From assembly GCA_963789395.1 (NCBI GenBank), contig CAWBKP010000006.1, positions 37,864 through 101,863 on the forward strand: 64,000 bases of DNA, written 5' to 3'. This DNA is from an uncultured delta proteobacterium (GTDB lineage Bacteria > Desulfobacterota > Desulfobacteria > Desulfobacterales > Desulfatirhabdiaceae). Positions within the stretch are counted from its first letter, which is position 1, and every line of letters begins with the position of its first letter. Of this stretch, positions 1 through 9,364 are shown piece after piece. The translations under genes were made by a program, and so were the position numbers. The notes under the pieces were generated by a model, which saw nothing but the letters and a program-made list of their open reading frames with translations, searched no databases and was not told where the DNA came from.

Positions 1-224
1 GAAACCAGCAGGTATGGGTTCGGTTATCTGCTGTCTCCCACTTCTGAAGTCTTCATGTGTTCACGGAATCTTTTGCCTTGCTCTGCATTGTCTTGCCGCC
101 AGCATATTAATTATGCGTTGGACTCAGACGTTTCCGCGGTCTCAGACTGTTCAAGATAATTAAACTGTCCTTCCGCGGAGAACGGATGGTTGAATCAGCA
201 CCCATTATTCCGTGAGGATCATAC

Positions 225-1007
225 ATGCAGAAAACTGAACATCAATTCCAACAGGCCAGCCAAGAAGAGGCAATTATAAGCCTTACTGGCAGAATCATTC
301 ATGATTTGAATAACACATTATCATCCATCCTGGGTTTTGCCGAGCTTGTTAAAATGGGGTTAAGTATTGGCGAAAATGTGGATAAAGATCTGGGAGACAT
401 TCTATCAGCCGGCTTGAAAGCAAGAGATTTGGTCAATCAGTTGTTTATTTCCAATCGCCAGGTCAGTGTCCAGAAAATGTCGGTCGAGATCACACTGCTT
501 ATCAAAGAATCCATCAAACTGATCAGGGCATTATTACCCGCTTCAATTGAAATCAGTTTCCGGCCGGGTGTCTTTAAGGGATTTATATTGACCGATCCAG
601 TTCAATTCCATCGTATACTGATTATATTGTGTTCCGTAGTTTCACATACCATGAAAGAGAAAGCCGGGTTGATAGAGATCCGCCTGCAACATATGCGCAT
701 TGGTGACAAGACCGTCCTGCAACATATCAATCTGATTCCAGGCCGATATCTTCAGATGAGCATCGGCGATGCAGGACATGATATGCCCAAGGACACCACA
801 GCACATTTGGTTGTCCCGTTGTCCACTCCAGTGAGAGAGGATCTGTTTCCAGGGCTTTCTCTGGTTCGGGGAATGGTCAGAGAAATGGGAGGAGCTATCC
901 CGGTGTGCAATGAATCTGAAAAGGGAACCATTTTTCATATTCTTTTTCCAGAATATGAGAAGAAATCAGGTGAGGAGTCCAATGGCTCGATTATTGATCA
1001 TCGATGA
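225..1007 (+). CDS. Sensor-less histidine kinase-like protein (HisKA with intact His, degenerate HATPase domain)
   Basis: H-box IIHDLNNTLSSILGFAEL is intact; N, G1, F and G2 boxes are degenerate (ILCSVV, DAGHDM, LVVPLST, LFPGLSLV); overlaps the downstream response regulator. Confidence 0.75.
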   Translation: MQKTEHQFQQASQEEAIISLTGRIIHDLNNTLSSILGFAELVKMGLSIGENVDKDLGDILSAGLKARDLVNQLFISNRQVSVQKMSVEITLLIKESIKLIRALLPASIEISFRPGVFKGFILTDPVQFHRILIILCSVVSHTMKEKAGLIEIRLQHMRIGDKTVLQHINLIPGRYLQMSIGDAGHDMPKDTTAHLVVPLSTPVREDLFPGLSLVRGMVREMGGAIPVCNESEKGTIFHILFPEYEKKSGEESNGSIIDHR

Positions 1008-2385
1008 CGATGTCGAAATCTGCAGGATTCTCTCCAGGCTGATCGAGAGCATGGGGCACGAGGCCAGTGCTTCTCATTTGCTTGATGAAGGGCTCAAGCT
1101 CGCAGTCACCACTCCGTATGATGTCATTCTGCTGGATCTGGAATTCCCCGAAGGAAACGGACTTCAAAACTTGCCGGAGCTGTTAAAAGCCCCTTCATCA
1201 CCCGAAGTGATTATTATTACAGGGACCGGAGACCCCTGCGGTGCGGAACTCGCATTTAAATACGGTGTATGGGATTTTATCCAGAAGCCATTCACCCTTG
1301 ATGAGGCATCCCTTCCCATTACCCGTGCACTCCAGTACCGCAGTGAAAAGGGGGCGTCAAAACCACCTGTTTTTCTCAATCGCGCAGACATCATCGGTAA
1401 TTCAGATGCGATTCGTATCTGCCTGGGGGAAATCGCCAGAACCTCTGTTACGGACGCCAGCGTGCTGATTACCGGCGAGACTGGCACGGGTAAAGAGTTG
1501 TTTGCAAAGGCCATACACAAAAACAGTTCAAGATCAAAAGGGCCGTTTATTACAGTGGATTGTGGTGCCCTGCCCGAAACGCTTGCCGAGAGCACCTTGT
1601 TCGGCCATGAAAAAGGCGCCTTTACCGGCGCTGATAAAAAACAGGACGGATTGATCCTGCAGGCGCGAGAGGGAACTCTTTTTCTCGATGAAATCGGTGA
1701 TCTTCCCTTGAATATTCAGGCATCCCTTCTCAGGACACTTCAGGAACGTCGCATCCGCCCAGTGGGTGGTAAGCGGGAACTGCCGGTTGATTTCAGGCTG
1801 GTTTCCGCGACAAATCGGGACCTTGATCAAATGGTGAAAGGAAAAACCTTCAGGGACGACCTTCTTTTCCGGATTCGCGCAATGGCGATCATCCTTCCGC
1901 CGCTGCGGGACCGCATACAGGATCTGCAGGAAATCGCACTTCATAAAATCCACGAAATGGGTCAGCGGTATGGTCTCGGTTTGAAAGGGGTATCCTCGGA
2001 TTTTTTAATGCACTTGACGGCGCATCATTGGCCCGGAAATGTCCGGGAACTCATCAATGTATTGGAATATGCGCTGGCGGCAGCCGGACAAGACCCCACA
2101 CTGGTGCCCAAACACCTTCCGCCCGCATACCGGATCACCCGCCTGGAATTTGATTCCGGCCCCGCCAAAAGCGCCGTTGAGATAGAAGCTGGAACACCGG
2201 AGTCCCCTGCTGAATTCCCCTCTTGGTCCGCATATCGGCAACAGTGCGAAGAAAATTATCTTCGCATGCTGCTGGACAAAGCCGGTGACAGCCGTGAAAA
2301 GGCCTGCAATCTTTCTGGAATATCCCAGTCCAGACTGTATGATCTGATAAAAAAACACCACCTTTCCGCCTTTCGTTCTTCATAA
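982..2385 (+). CDS. Sigma54-dependent NtrC-family response regulator (REC-AAA+-HTH)
   Basis: REC domain LLIIDDD; Walker A GETGTGKE; GAFTGA; LFLDEIG; WPGNVREL; GAGGAG RBS before ATG 982. Confidence 0.95.
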   Translation: MARLLIIDDDVEICRILSRLIESMGHEASASHLLDEGLKLAVTTPYDVILLDLEFPEGNGLQNLPELLKAPSSPEVIIITGTGDPCGAELAFKYGVWDFIQKPFTLDEASLPITRALQYRSEKGASKPPVFLNRADIIGNSDAIRICLGEIARTSVTDASVLITGETGTGKELFAKAIHKNSSRSKGPFITVDCGALPETLAESTLFGHEKGAFTGADKKQDGLILQAREGTLFLDEIGDLPLNIQASLLRTLQERRIRPVGGKRELPVDFRLVSATNRDLDQMVKGKTFRDDLLFRIRAMAIILPPLRDRIQDLQEIALHKIHEMGQRYGLGLKGVSSDFLMHLTAHHWPGNVRELINVLEYALAAAGQDPTLVPKHLPPAYRITRLEFDSGPAKSAVEIEAGTPESPAEFPSWSAYRQQCEENYLRMLLDKAGDSREKACNLSGISQSRLYDLIKKHHLSAFRSS

Positions 2386-2415
2386 CCCCCTCTCCATGCA
2401 GGTCTGTTTTTCCTT

Positions 2416-2433
2416 TTTCCTGTAAAACGGAAA
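2416..2433. promoter_or_regulatory. Putative enhancer (UAS) palindrome TTTCC-N8-GGAAA
   Basis: Inverted repeat about 100 bp upstream of a sigma54 promoter; conserved at 5086-5102 in the duplicated unit. Confidence 0.45.
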
Positions 2434-2529
2434 CCTGTTTCCAATAAAATCATCCGTAATTTTGCTGAATGTCGATCTGAACAATATACAACTGTCTGAT
2501 ATTGTATATTTTTTTAACAGCATGTTTTT

Positions 2530-2544
2530 TGGCATGCTATTTGA
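2530..2544 (+). promoter_or_regulatory. Sigma54 promoter with non-consensus -12 (GA)
   Basis: TGGCATGCTATTTGA versus consensus TGGCACG-N4-TTGC; same relative position as the near-consensus copy at 5191. Confidence 0.55.
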
Positions 2545-2566
2545 AACACAAACATCAATGTTAATG

Positions 2567-2663
2567 TTTCGTCTGATAAAGGCAAACCATCCGAAAGGGT
2601 GGGACGCAAAACTCCTGGCCTGATTTCCTATCTGGAAAAGGTGGCAGGGTTGCCGGGCGGGAA
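2567..2663 (+). ncRNA. c-di-GMP-I (GEMM-I) riboswitch
   Basis: GGCAAACCATCC-GAAA-GGGTGGGACGCAAA...GGCAGGGTTGCCG matches the GEMM-I core, with G at the Vc2 G20-equivalent position; flanks can form P1. Confidence 0.9.
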
Positions 2664-2665
2664 TA

Positions 2666-2719
2666 GGCACTTTCTTTAATGCCTTTCTGCACGGAAAGCA
2701 TTTAAAGGAGGTGTTTTTT
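2666..2719 (+). terminator. Riboswitch expression-platform hairpin (terminator and/or RBS sequestrator)
   Basis: GGCACTTTCTTTAA pairs with TTAAAGGAGGTGTT, burying the AAGGAGG SD; a T-run follows and runs into the TTG start. Confidence 0.6.
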
Positions 2720-4934
2720 GAGTATTATAAGTGCTATTTCACGTTTTCGCCCCGGGTTTATTCCACAATTTTCAATATTCCTCTGCCTGTTTTTTTTGAT
2801 TTGTATCGGGCCTGCCAGTACCCAGGGTCTGGCAGCCCAGGTGACGCTGGCCTGGGATGCCAATACGGATCCGGCTGTGGCCGGTTATAAACTGTATTAT
2901 GGATATGCCTCCCGAACCTATGGCACACCTGTGGATGTCGGAAAGGTTACTCAGTACACTCTGACCGGCATCCAAGAAGGGAAAAACTGCTATTTCGCAG
3001 TTACGGCCTATGATGCAAGCCGGAATGAGAGCGCGTTTTCCACGGAACTGGAATGTTTTACGCTGGTGCCTGCCCCGGCTGTCAATGGCGTCATAAGCCC
3101 TTCCAGTGCGGTAGTGGTCAGTCGCGGCATGGGTCAGAGTTTTACGATAACGCCGGCAGCCAATTACAAAGTCTCTGACGTGTCAGTTGACGGAGTATCC
3201 ATGGGAGCGGTCACCACCTGTACATTTTCCAATGTAACGGCCAATCACACCATCTCTGCCAGCTTTACTTCCAGTACCGCCATCACCTCTCCAACCACTT
3301 ACTCCATCACGTCTTCTGCGGACGCCTACGGCGCCATCTCGCCCGCGGGTTCTGTTTCGGTGAATTCTGGTGCCAGCCAGAGCTATACCATCACGCCTTC
3401 TGCCAATTACAAGGTATCCACTGTCCTGGTTGACGGGGTATCCGTGGGAGCGGTTACCAGCTATACATTTTCCAGTGTGGCTGCCAATCACACCATCGCT
3501 GCCAGCTTTGCACCTGTCAGCAGCACATACACTATCAGTGCATCCGCCGGCTCGGGGGGCAGCATTTCTCCTTCTGGAATCGTTCAGGTTCAAAATGGTG
3601 CCAGCAAGGTGTTTACAATGAAGCCGAACCGGAAATACAGTGTCGCCGAAGTGCTTGTCGACGGATCTTCTGTTGGGGCTGTGACCTCTTATACATTTTC
3701 CGGTGTTCAGGCCAATCACAGTATTTCCGCGACCTTTAAAAGTAGTAGCACCTCTAAGAGTCCTAAAACGTCGAGCATCGTCGGCCGGTCTTCCCGGACA
3801 GCTTCTTCCAGCAATTTTCTGGCCTTCAGCAGCCTCCTTCAGCAGCCTGAAATTGTTTCCAGCAGCTGTCTTCTTGCCGGCAGCGGCGTGCTTCCTGGCA
3901 GCGGCGGGTGGATCGAAGTGCTGGATCCCCAGGGGAACCAGGCAGCGCTTCCCGTTCATATTGACTGGCCGGAGTACAACAATCTCAGCGGAGAAATGCG
4001 GATCGCCACCGGAGACATTGACGGCGACGGCCTGGATGAAATCGTTGTGGGGCTGGGACCGGTACAGGGTGCTCCCGGCATTCCCGGCGGGTATTTTGCG
4101 GTGCTCGATGACGATTATTCGGTCTTGGCCTGGGGCCAGGTGGAATGGCCGGAGTACAATGCAATCAACGGCGAGACCCGGCCTGCCTGCGGCGATATCG
4201 ACGGAGACGGCATCGATGAAATCATTGTCGGGCTTGGTCCCGGAGGAGAGGGCCGCCTGGAGGTGTTTAAATTGGTGGATCACCAGCTGAAACATGTCAA
4301 GTGGCTGCAGACCGGCTGGCAGGATTACAACAGGGGCAACGGCGAGACCCGGCCTGCCTGCGGCGATCTGGACGGAAACGGCACGAAAGAGGTGATCGTC
4401 GGACTGGGGCCGGTCAGCGGCAACCCGGATATCCCGGGCGGCGTCTTTTTCATCTTTGATCACACATCGGCCGGGAGTGCGGATCTTCGGGATTCCAGCC
4501 AAAGCGACGCCAGCGGCTGGGGCGTGATCAGCTGGCCGGACTATAACCGTATCAACGGGGAGAGCTGGCCGGCCTGCGGGGATGTCAACGGCGACGGCAA
4601 GGAAGAAATCGTGCTGGGTCTGGGCAAACAGGGCACAGGCCGGTTCGAAATACTGGGGTGTGACCTGGTGCAGAACAGTACCCGGCATATCGCCTGGCAG
4701 CAGAGTCTTCTTTCCGCAGGTGCGGAAGTCCGCCCTGCCTGCGGTCATTTGGAGTCGGATGGCGAAGATGAAATTGTCATCGGATACATAAAAGACGGCG
4801 TTGGTATCATGGAAATATTTGGAAACGCCTCTCAGGATTTTCAGCCGCTCAGACAGGTGCAAACGCAGTTCAAGGCTTTCCGGAATCAGAAGAGCCAGAT
4901 CTGGCCTGCTGTTTTTCACCCGGAAAACCAATAG
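2718..4934 (+). CDS. Secreted adhesin-like protein: FN3 domain, three InlB-B-like repeat domains, FG-GAP-like Ca-binding repeats
   Basis: Signal-peptide-like N-terminus; VTLAWDAN...GYKLYYG...YFAVTAYD; three GxISP...VDG...YTF..V.ANH.I repeats; repeated GD(I/L/V)DGDG.(D/K)EI motifs; SD before TTG. Confidence 0.85.
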   Translation: MSIISAISRFRPGFIPQFSIFLCLFFLICIGPASTQGLAAQVTLAWDANTDPAVAGYKLYYGYASRTYGTPVDVGKVTQYTLTGIQEGKNCYFAVTAYDASRNESAFSTELECFTLVPAPAVNGVISPSSAVVVSRGMGQSFTITPAANYKVSDVSVDGVSMGAVTTCTFSNVTANHTISASFTSSTAITSPTTYSITSSADAYGAISPAGSVSVNSGASQSYTITPSANYKVSTVLVDGVSVGAVTSYTFSSVAANHTIAASFAPVSSTYTISASAGSGGSISPSGIVQVQNGASKVFTMKPNRKYSVAEVLVDGSSVGAVTSYTFSGVQANHSISATFKSSSTSKSPKTSSIVGRSSRTASSSNFLAFSSLLQQPEIVSSSCLLAGSGVLPGSGGWIEVLDPQGNQAALPVHIDWPEYNNLSGEMRIATGDIDGDGLDEIVVGLGPVQGAPGIPGGYFAVLDDDYSVLAWGQVEWPEYNAINGETRPACGDIDGDGIDEIIVGLGPGGEGRLEVFKLVDHQLKHVKWLQTGWQDYNRGNGETRPACGDLDGNGTKEVIVGLGPVSGNPDIPGGVFFIFDHTSAGSADLRDSSQSDASGWGVISWPDYNRINGESWPACGDVNGDGKEEIVLGLGKQGTGRFEILGCDLVQNSTRHIAWQQSLLSAGAEVRPACGHLESDGEDEIVIGYIKDGVGIMEIFGNASQDFQPLRQVQTQFKAFRNQKSQIWPAVFHPENQ

Positions 4935-5190
4935 CAAATAAGCATGAAATATCAGATCCCTCCTTGTTAAGGGGGGGCTGACAATGACTCTCCGGAACAT
5001 CACGGACAAGATTGTGCGGTCATTAGCGCCGTCTTTCCGGTTTTGTTCTTCATATCCGCCGCTCCATGCATCTCCGTTTTTCCTTTTTCCAGTAAAACGG
5101 AATGCTGTTTTCTGAAAAATCATCCGGGTTCTTGCCGAATATCAATTCGGAAAAAATGTAACATCCTGATATATTGTTATAATTGAATAT

Positions 5191-5205
5191 TGGCATCTTT
5201 ATTGC
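5191..5205 (+). promoter_or_regulatory. Sigma54 (-24/-12) promoter
   Basis: TGGCATCTTTATTGC has the correct GG-N10-GC spacing. Confidence 0.75.
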
Positions 5206-5227
5206 TAAACGGTCTTCATCGATATAT

Positions 5228-5325
5228 TCACGTATGATAAAGGCAACCCGTCTGAAAGGGCGTGGCCCAAAAATCCGAACTTATTTCTTTTCAGAAATTG
5301 GACGGGGGGGATTGCCGAGCGGGAA
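5228..5325 (+). ncRNA. Variant or degenerate c-di-GMP-I riboswitch
   Basis: GATAAAGGCAACCCGTCT-GAAA-GGGCGTGGCCCAAAA...GGGATTGCCGAGCGGG is the positional paralog of the 2567 riboswitch, but GGGACGCAAA has become TGGCCCAAAA. Confidence 0.6.
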
Positions 5326-5378
5326 GGGCGCTTTCTGTCATGCCTTTTCTTGCGAAGACCAGTAATAAGAGGTGTTTT

Positions 5379-6956
5379 ATGCGTAACCAAAGTACAATTT
5401 CACGTTTTCGTCTCGGTTTTATTCCTTTATTATTAGTTTTCACCTGCCTGTTTTTTTTGATTTGCGTCGGACCTGCCAGTACCCTGGGCTTTGCAGCCCA
5501 GGTAACGCTGGCTTGGGATGCTAATACCGATCCCTCAGTGGCCGGCTATAAACTGTATTCTGGATATGCCTCCCGAAGCTATGGGGCGCCGGTGAATGTC
5601 GGCAAATTCACTCAGTACACCCTGGCCGGCATTCAAGAAGGAATAACTTGCTATTTTGCTGTCACGGCCTATGATATGAACGGGAATGAAAGCGCGTTTT
5701 CCACTGAGTTGGAATGTTTTACGCTGGTGCCTGCCCCGGGTGTCAATGGCGCCATAAACCCTGCAAGCGCGGTTGTTGTCAGTCGCGGTATGAATCAGAC
5801 TTTTACAATTATGCCGTCTGCCAATTACGAGGTGTCATCTGTAACGGTTGACGGTTCGTCTGTAGGAGCAGTTTCCAGTTATACATTTTCCAATGTTACG
5901 GCCAATCACAGCATTTCGGCCGCATTTATCGCCAATACATCACCCAATACACCACTCAATACACCACTTTATACCATTAGCGCATCGGCAGGGGAAAATG
6001 GCTCGATCAGCCCGTCCGGCAGCCTTTCATTGGCTCAAGGCGCCAGCCAGACATTTACCATCATGCCGGCATCCAATTACAGGGTATCTGCAGTATCGGT
6101 TGACGGTTCATCTGTAGGAGCAGTTACCAGCTATACATTTTCCAATGTAACGGCCAATCACAGCATTTCTGCAACATTTGCCCCTACCCACTCTCAGTCC
6201 GGGTCATTGACAAGTTTTAGCGGTGACGGCAAGCCCAGCATTCTTTGGAGAAACAGTTCAACCGGTCAGAATGCTGTGATGTATATGAACGGGGTTGAGG
6301 TAACCGGTGCGGATTTCTTGCCAACAGTAGCCGACCGGAACTGGACAATTGCTGGCGTGGGTGACTTCAACGGTGATAGCGATCCGGACATCCTTTGGAG
6401 GAATACATCAACCGGTCAGAATGCTGTGATGTATATGAACGGGGTTGAGGTAACCGGTGCGGATTTCTTGCCGACAGTAGCCGACCGGAACTGGACAATT
6501 GCTGGTGTAGGTGACTTCAACGGTGATAGCGATCCGGACATTCTCTGGAGGAACACTTCAACCGGTCAGAACGCCGTGGTGTACATGAACGGGGTTGAGG
6601 TAACTGGTGCGGATTTCTTGCCAACAGTAGCCGATCAGAACTGGACAATTGCTGGCGTGGGTGACTTCAACGGTGATAGCGATCCGGACATTCTCTGGAG
6701 GAACACTTCGACCGGTCAGAACGCCGTGGTGTACATGAACGGGGTTGAGGTAACCGGTGCGGATTTCTTGCCAACAGTAGCCGATCGGAACTGGACAATT
6801 GCTGGCGTGGGTGACTTCAACGGTGACGGCGATCCGGACATTCTCTGGAGGAACACTTCAACCGGTCAGAACGCCGTGGTGTACATGAAAGGAGTTGAGG
6901 TAACCGGTGCGGATTTCTTGCCAACAGTAGCCGATCCGAACTGGAATATTTATTAA
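5379..6956 (+). CDS. Secreted adhesin-like protein: FN3 domain, two InlB-B-like repeats, about five 50-aa FG-GAP/VCBS-type repeats
   Basis: N-terminus paralogous to 2718..4934; AAGAGG before ATG 5379; repeats WTIAGVGDFNGDSDPDILWRN. Confidence 0.85.
   Translation: MRNQSTISRFRLGFIPLLLVFTCLFFLICVGPASTLGFAAQVTLAWDANTDPSVAGYKLYSGYASRSYGAPVNVGKFTQYTLAGIQEGITCYFAVTAYDMNGNESAFSTELECFTLVPAPGVNGAINPASAVVVSRGMNQTFTIMPSANYEVSSVTVDGSSVGAVSSYTFSNVTANHSISAAFIANTSPNTPLNTPLYTISASAGENGSISPSGSLSLAQGASQTFTIMPASNYRVSAVSVDGSSVGAVTSYTFSNVTANHSISATFAPTHSQSGSLTSFSGDGKPSILWRNSSTGQNAVMYMNGVEVTGADFLPTVADRNWTIAGVGDFNGDSDPDILWRNTSTGQNAVMYMNGVEVTGADFLPTVADRNWTIAGVGDFNGDSDPDILWRNTSTGQNAVVYMNGVEVTGADFLPTVADQNWTIAGVGDFNGDSDPDILWRNTSTGQNAVVYMNGVEVTGADFLPTVADRNWTIAGVGDFNGDGDPDILWRNTSTGQNAVVYMKGVEVTGADFLPTVADPNWNIY
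6222..6947 (+). repeat. Intragenic 150-bp tandem repeat, about 4.8 copies
   Basis: Near-identical in-frame units start at 6222, 6372, 6522, 6672 and 6822. Confidence 0.95.
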
Positions 6957-7019
6957 ACATAAAAATAAAGCCGTCAATTGCGGCTGATCATCTGGATTGC
7001 AAATCAAAAGGCGAAAAGA

Positions 7020-7422
7020 ATGAAAGTCGTTCTCTATGTGAATGACAAAAACGCGTTGGCGAGCAAATGCCTTCAAAAAATTATCCGAGACTTGCATTCC
7101 GTCCGATTGCCTGGAGGTATTCGGAAGCAGCCGTGATTTTGCGCAAAGGTTATATCAGATTCCGAGAAAAATTGATGTGGCCGTGCTTTATGCCCAGAAC
7201 AATGATCAACTTTTTGAATTGATCACGTTAAAGGATTTCCTGATTGATATCCGCATTATCCTTATTCTGCCGGACAGGGAGCATTTAACCGTGAAAAGAG
7301 GGCATACCCTGTTTCCAAAATTTACGAGTTATATTGACAGCTGTGCCACAGATGTTGCTTCTGTATTAAACAAGATGATTTCAAGTCTGAACGCCAATAA
7401 GAATGCAGGCGGATGCGCATGA
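7020..7422 (+). CDS. Small receiver-like hypothetical protein (one apparent +1 frameshift near 7088)
   Basis: MKVVLYVNDK...KII joins ETCIPSD...IRIILILPDRE if one C is removed; alpha/beta REC-like pattern without clear acidic pocket. Confidence 0.55.
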
Positions 7423-7589
7423 TTAGTCGGCGGACCCGTTCGGTATTCCATTTGTGAGAATAGTCCTTTCCTTCCTGATTTTGCCGAAGCATGCCGCAAT
7501 TGTTCCCGAAAACACACCACATTTTCTCTTGATTCCCATAAAAAAGGCTGTTACGAAAATGCCAGTATGAGTCACCTTAAGGAGGAAAC

Positions 7590-8876
7590 ATGGCTCACCT
7601 TGGCAATCGTTCCGGTTATTCCGAACTTGTGGAACGCCTGAACCGTTTTCCGCAGGGCGCTCCGCCATCTGATCTGCTGTTTAAAATCCTGAAACTGCTC
7701 TTCAGCGAAAAAGAAGCGGCGCTGGTTTCCAGGATCCCCATCCTGCCGTTTACTGCGGAAAAGGCCGGCCGCATCTGGAAAATGAATGTTTTAAGCGCCC
7801 GGAAAATCCTGCAAGATCTTGCCTCACGGGCCATTCTAGTGGATATCGAGCAGAATGGTGAATCGGTTTACTGTCTGCCGCCGCCCATGGCCGGGTTTTT
7901 TGAGTTCTCCCTCATGCGGGTGCGCGGCGACATCGATCAGAAGACGCTGAGCGCGCTTTTTTACCAGTACTTGAATGTGGAAGATGATTTTATCCGGGAT
8001 CTTTTTACCCGAGGGGAAACGCAGCTTGGGCGGACATTTGTCCATGAACCGGCATTGCCGCCAGAGCTTACGGTGCAGGTCCTGGATTATGAGCGGGCAA
8101 CAGAGGTAATCGCCACAGCCACACACATGGGGGTCGGTGTCTGTTACTGCCGGCATAAGATGAAACATGTCAACCGGTCATGCGATGCGCCGATGAACAT
8201 CTGCATGACGTTTAACACGGTTGCGGCATCACTGATCCGGCATGGGCATGCAAGAAGGGTGGACCAAAAAGAAGGGTACGATCTGCTGCAACTGGCCTAT
8301 GAAAACCGTCTTGTCCAATTCGGCGACAATGTCAAAAGAAGTGTATCCTTTATCTGTAACTGCTGCGGGTGCTGCTGCGAAGCCATGATCGCCGCCCGGC
8401 GCTTTGGCGTGCTCCACCCGGTTCACACCACCAATTTTATTCCTGAAATCCGCACGGAAACGTGTGCGGGATGCGGAAAATGCGTTGCTGTCTGTCCCGT
8501 GGAAGCGATGACCCTGGTTTCAGCCAACGATCCCCGAAGACCGGGTAAAAAAACGGCAAAGATTCAGGAGGACATCTGCCTGGGGTGCGGATTATGTGTG
8601 CGGGTCTGTGCGCAGGGAAATATCATTTTAAAGCCAAGGGCGCAGCGCGTGATCACGCCCCTGGACGGCACGCATCGCATCATCGTGATGGCCATCGAAC
8701 GCGGCACGCTTCAGCATCTGATTTTTGACAACCGGGTGCTGTGGAGTCACCGGGCGCTCGCCGCCGTTCTGGGGGTGATTCTAAAAATACCGCCCATCCA
8801 GCAGGCACTGGCCAGCGAGCAGGTGAAATCGCGGTATCTGGAATCCTTATTGACAAGGGTGGAACATTATAGATAA
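7590..8876 (+). CDS. 4Fe-4S dicluster (ferredoxin-domain) protein
   Basis: CYCRH, ICNCCGCCC, CAGCGKCVAVCP and CLGCGLCVRVC motifs; AGGAGG RBS. Confidence 0.85.
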   Translation: MAHLGNRSGYSELVERLNRFPQGAPPSDLLFKILKLLFSEKEAALVSRIPILPFTAEKAGRIWKMNVLSARKILQDLASRAILVDIEQNGESVYCLPPPMAGFFEFSLMRVRGDIDQKTLSALFYQYLNVEDDFIRDLFTRGETQLGRTFVHEPALPPELTVQVLDYERATEVIATATHMGVGVCYCRHKMKHVNRSCDAPMNICMTFNTVAASLIRHGHARRVDQKEGYDLLQLAYENRLVQFGDNVKRSVSFICNCCGCCCEAMIAARRFGVLHPVHTTNFIPEIRTETCAGCGKCVAVCPVEAMTLVSANDPRRPGKKTAKIQEDICLGCGLCVRVCAQGNIILKPRAQRVITPLDGTHRIIVMAIERGTLQHLIFDNRVLWSHRALAAVLGVILKIPPIQQALASEQVKSRYLESLLTRVEHYR

Positions 8877-8881
8877 AAGTA

Positions 8882-8902
8882 ATAGGCGATAGGCGATAGG
8901 CG
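8882..8902. repeat. Heptamer tandem repeat (ATAGGCG) x3
   Basis: Directly visible in the intergenic sequence. Confidence 0.8.
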
Positions 8903-8964
8903 ATGGACAAGGGATAGATGAAATTTTTTTATAGCCGGTCTCCTGCAGCTCGAAGGGTGTATAT

Positions 8965-9354
8965 ATGGCACAGAAAAAGAAGCCGGCGGAAGCCGGCGGG
9001 ACGGATCGGATCATTGCCGAAGCAAGGGCCAGCCGGGAGCTTCGGGAAAAGACTTATCGGGAGCGTGCGCTCAAGCTGTTCCCCTGGGTTTGCGCCAGAT
9101 GTGCGCGCGAATTTGAAGGAAAAAAACTTCGGGAACTGACGGTCCATCATAAGGATCACAATCACGACAATAACCCGCCGGACGGCAGCAACTGGGAGCT
9201 GCTTTGTCTTTATTGTCACGAAAATGAACACTCCCGGTACCTGGACGCGGAATGGTACGGCAGTGAAACCCCGGGCGGCGAAACGGATACGGGTTCCGGA
9301 CACAAACCGTTTGCGGCCCTTGAGGCGCTTCTTAAAGGCAAGGGCAAAGGATGA
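8965..9354 (+). CDS. yajD: YajD-family HNH nuclease
   Basis: YRERALKLFPWVCARCAREF...LTVHHKDHNHDNNPPDGSNWELLCLYCHENEH. Confidence 0.85.
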   Translation: MAQKKKPAEAGGTDRIIAEARASRELREKTYRERALKLFPWVCARCAREFEGKKLRELTVHHKDHNHDNNPPDGSNWELLCLYCHENEHSRYLDAEWYGSETPGGETDTGSGHKPFAALEALLKGKGKG

Positions 9355-9364
9355 TGGAGGCTGC

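Noticed and set aside
2567..2663. cGAMP-selective (GEMM-Ib) riboswitch for copy 1
   Set aside because: The G20-equivalent position is G, which points to c-di-GMP
3183..5123. 646-aa antisense ORF and other long opposite-strand ORFs
   Set aside because: Shadows of well-supported genes, with no recognisable motifs
6222..6947. Possible CRISPR array
   Set aside because: Units are 150-bp, in-frame coding repeats with no unique spacers and no cas genes nearby
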